Below are positions 36,066-39,070 of a stretch of 39,070 bases of DNA, piece by piece. The stretch's first letter is position 1, and every line of letters starts with the position of its first letter. The DNA is from Perkinsus olseni (Eukaryota), in NCBI GenBank assembly GCA_013115125.1, contig JABANN010000326.1, positions 1 to 39,070 of the forward strand. The letters are read 5' to 3'. The notes under the pieces are model-generated. The model was not told the DNA's origin, searched no databases, and was given only the letters and a program-made list of their open reading frames with translations. The position numbers were made by a program, and so were the translations under genes.

Positions 36066-37607
36066 AGCGGTACAGGTAGGTTTTCGCACAGCACACTTTC
36101 GGTACGCAGCTTCTCGGTATTAGTCGCTCCCATCTCTAGACACGCCGTACAGTGAGAATTCGCACAGTTCCACCTCTGACAGCGGCTCCTCGGCCCGGAG
36201 CAACTCGTACAGTTCTAATTAGTACAGTGCTACTCGGTACAGTGGGCCTCTTCCACTAACCCCTTACTTAACTTAGAACAGTAAAAAACTTAAGAAACTA
36301 AGGTAAGATCGTTTCACTAAGGGGATGAGAAGCGGTAAGTCTACTTGAGTCCCTCAGGCTCACCCTTAAGTTAAGAATCCTTAAGATCTAACGCTAGTTT
36401 CTTAAGCGCGGTGAGCGAGGAAGTTAGTTCGCTTCACTAAGGCACGTTCTTAAGGACATACTTAAGATTTCGGTAAGGCTCGACCGATCAGCTTTTCCCC
36501 GGCCTAACCCCCCGAAAGTTAGTGAAAGTGCATTACTACGCTCCGCTGAGAACTATACCCCCCGGTTTCTAGGCCGCGTCAGTACGAATCACCCAAGATA
36601 CGATTTTACAGTGTTTCCCTGACTTGCGCATTTTCGATCGAAAAAAATCGATAGGATCTTTGCGCAGCGCGGGGATTCAGATTTGCGCACAACATCTATC
36701 TCAAGTCGTCGACTACATCTTAAGATCACGCTTAGTCCGAACTTAAGATCTTACTTAACGTCGTTCTTAAGGTTAGTCCCCTTACACTTAAGGCTCAGGG
36801 ACTTGTGAAACGTTCTTAGAGTTTTCTTAAGTTTGTGAGGTGAGGTCTCTAACCTTAAGATTCGTCATTCTTAAGGGGTTACCAACCCCGGGTTAGTAAA
36901 AGAGGCCCAGTATCAAGAGGTACAACGCAAGTTGGTACAGCTTCAGTTTGTGCAGGACCACTTCGAGCAGTTTCAATTCGTACAACGTAACCTCCCACAG
37001 TTCCATTTCGTGGTCAATTACGTCATTTCGTAGTTTCGCAGTGGCACTTCGTACACTGTACGACGTAGACGTGCAGCTTTAGCATATGACGACCCGAATC
37101 CAGGGTAGTAAATAGCTCGGAATTCACAAGTCCGCCGTAGACGTGAATTCATGGGCAAGTGTAGCTGGAGACTCTATTATTCTTCTATAGAAGTTGGCTG
37201 ATCACTTAACCGGCCTCTCCTGGGATGGGAGTCCTGGCTAACCGGCCGGCGGTCCTACTCTATACTATAGAGTCTATAGTATAGAGTCTATACGCTATGA
37301 CTTGGGCTCAATAATTGAGCCTCAATTCATGGTGAAAGCTGAGCGAGAGATATGGCAGAAAAATAACGCAACTGTACTGGCAACTGGGGTAGTACCCCAG
37401 GGGTGCTTGCTGGTACTGTACGACATTAAAAAAAACTAGTTGGAACTATACGAGTCGAAACTGTATGAAGCGAGACCGCACTGATTTATGTTGTACTGGC
37501 TGAAACTGTATCAGTTGAAACTGTTCGGAGTAAAACTGTACTAGTGGCTACTGCGCGAGCTGGGAGAAAACTAGTTAACGGTACACCAATTGCAACTGTA
37601 CGACCTG
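36066..37607. mobile_element. Foldback-like element with modular ~15-bp repeats in inverted arms
   Basis: The left arm has degenerate TCGTACAGTT-type units (36066-36243, 36912-37060). The right arm has the reverse complement AACTGTACGA-type units (37370-37607). Termini are not defined. Confidence 0.5.
36244..36908. mobile_element. PIF/Harbinger-like MITE nested in the foldback element
   Basis: TIRs GGGCCTCTTCCACTAACCC / GGGTTAGTAAAAGAGGCCC, a 3-bp TSD AGT (36241-36243 and 36909-36911) and many sub-terminal CTTAAG motifs. Confidence 0.8.
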
Positions 37608-38230
37608 AATGATTAAGGTAGACTTGAGTTCAGTTTCAACTTTGGCAGATTCAGGCTGAATCTGCTCAAGTTGAATCTGCACTGAAGTGCGTTGCAGTAA
37701 TATGGGATCTACGGGCTAGCACTGTAGCATGGGGTCCCCACCCGACACACGGCCGGCCCGTGCCGTGTTACATAGTAGTTGGCGTCCCTGAAAACAGTGC
37801 ACTATAACTCGGAACGGCCGAAGATGAGTAGAACTGGGGGAACGAGGGACTTCGCCAACATCCACAATCCGTAGCAAGAGTAATAGCAGCAAGAGAAGCT
37901 GCACGACGAAGAACCAAGTATACCGCCCGCGCATTGACGAGAACATACCAATCGTCAGCCTTCTGAGATTCCATCCGGCGGATGGAAAAATGAAGCAAAA
38001 GGTGGTCAAATAGCGGCGCTATTTGATAGGCAAAGAAGCCTAGAAAAATGATGGCTGAGCCAACAAAGAATGTGATGAGTCTTCACTGATGACCGTGGTC
38101 GCGACCATGGCCGCAAAGTTGTACAAGTGGTTGATATGGAAGCAAAACAAGGAGTGATGACTACGGTCACAAAGTCGTATTAGTGGTCGAAGTGTTCACT
38201 TGACGACTCGGTGAGGTAGTATGAGAAGTG

Positions 38231-39070
38231 TCACTGTTGTAAAGGTGCGTCGATATGAGGCAGGGACTTGTTGTTCGGTACGAAGGACACCACGTTCCTC
38301 GTCGAGTCGTAGACGAACTCTGCGGGAATTTTGACGAACTGTGACGTGACCTTGACGTAGGGGTTGTTGAACTTGAAGATTTCACCGGAGCTTCCCTCCT
38401 CTAGCTTGTACCCTGAATAACCAGACTGGTACTGAAAAGAACTGGGACGTTTCGTGGCATCGTAGAGGTAGGTGTACCCATAGTTGGTTGATGAGTCAGC
38501 GCGGACGCTGACAGTATTGAAGTTCGGACCAAACACTTGATAATGACCATTCGGCTGCCTTCCTTCAGACGCAGAAGAACGTAGCTGCCTTCCTCTAGGT
38601 GCAGAAGAACGTAGCTGCCTTCAACTTCTGGAGAAAGGCACAGTGCAATCGGCCACCGTTCCCGGTGGTGGGGTGCATCCTCGAGTGAGAGTATAAGCGT
38701 ACGTTCCATCCTTAGCAACCATCTCAACGACATCAGGTGTATCGGATGTCACCTTAAGGTCGAAGCCGACGTCAAAGTAGGGGTATACCTCAGGACCTTC
38801 GATATGACCATAACGTTTCAAGATGATCTTATCATCCTCGAACGTAACATTGTCATATCGCATGGCGAAAAAGTGCGCAGTGAACAAGGTATACACAAAT
38901 TCAGCACTCGACTCGGACTTGTAGTCAAAAAACATACATCCCGCGATGTCATCTCTTTGAGGTATTTCCTTCCAGACCGGGAACGCACAGTACCTTCCTG
39001 GTTCGAGAGATAGGCCACCACTGGCAAGAACAGCAATAGAGACGATCACGAATGAGATGGATGATAACAT
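38231..39070 (-). pseudogene. Family B, copy 4 (single in-frame TGA at 38621-38623)
   Basis: ORFs 38621-39070 and 38231-38536 share a frame: FSRS*RQLRSSAPRGRQLRSSASEGRQPNGHYQVFGP. The TGA sits where the neighbouring 30-bp repeat units have GGA. Confidence 0.8.

Noticed and set aside
38621-38623. TGA reassignment or selenocysteine
   Set aside because: Neighbouring repeat units have GGA here, so a point mutation suffices. TGA ends the intact transporter gene in this window.
1-39070. Spliced-leader RNA gene, rRNA, or prokaryotic operons and defence systems
   Set aside because: By eye I found no match to the perkinsid/dinoflagellate SL core (CCGTAGCCAT...GGCTCAAG) or to rRNA. Gene structure is spliceosomal, and most short track ORFs are antisense or off-frame shadows.

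Overview
Eukaryotic, intron-containing DNA, most likely from a perkinsid alveolate (inferred from short ~50-nt GT-AG introns, an intronless amino-acid permease, a papain-family protease and expanded families of secreted proteins; no search was run). The ORF track hides most genes, so I rebuilt them by splicing. (1) Secreted family A has four copies, two on + at 1-2.2 kb and two on - at 12.1-13.8 kb. The copies are patchworks: a near-identical signal-peptide exon is joined to very different exon 2/3 bodies. (2) Between them lies a 3.2-11.7 kb island of co-oriented intron-rich genes (7-TM DUF4203-like, PH(+RING), two unknowns). Its non-coding DNA has ~10-bp phased A/T tracts, private short repeats and isolated tRNA B-box motifs. 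(3) A decayed coding region at ~14-19 kb precedes an intact AAAP transporter. (4) Secreted family B has four intronless copies; three are broken by different single lesions in the inter-domain linker. (5) The rest holds hAT and probable pogo relics, nested MITEs, a minisatellite at an assembly gap and a cathepsin L-like gene with Asp in place of the catalytic Asn. Many perfect palindromes with a single central base, mostly G/C, are scattered outside the island and look like DNA-repair or transposon-excision footprints.
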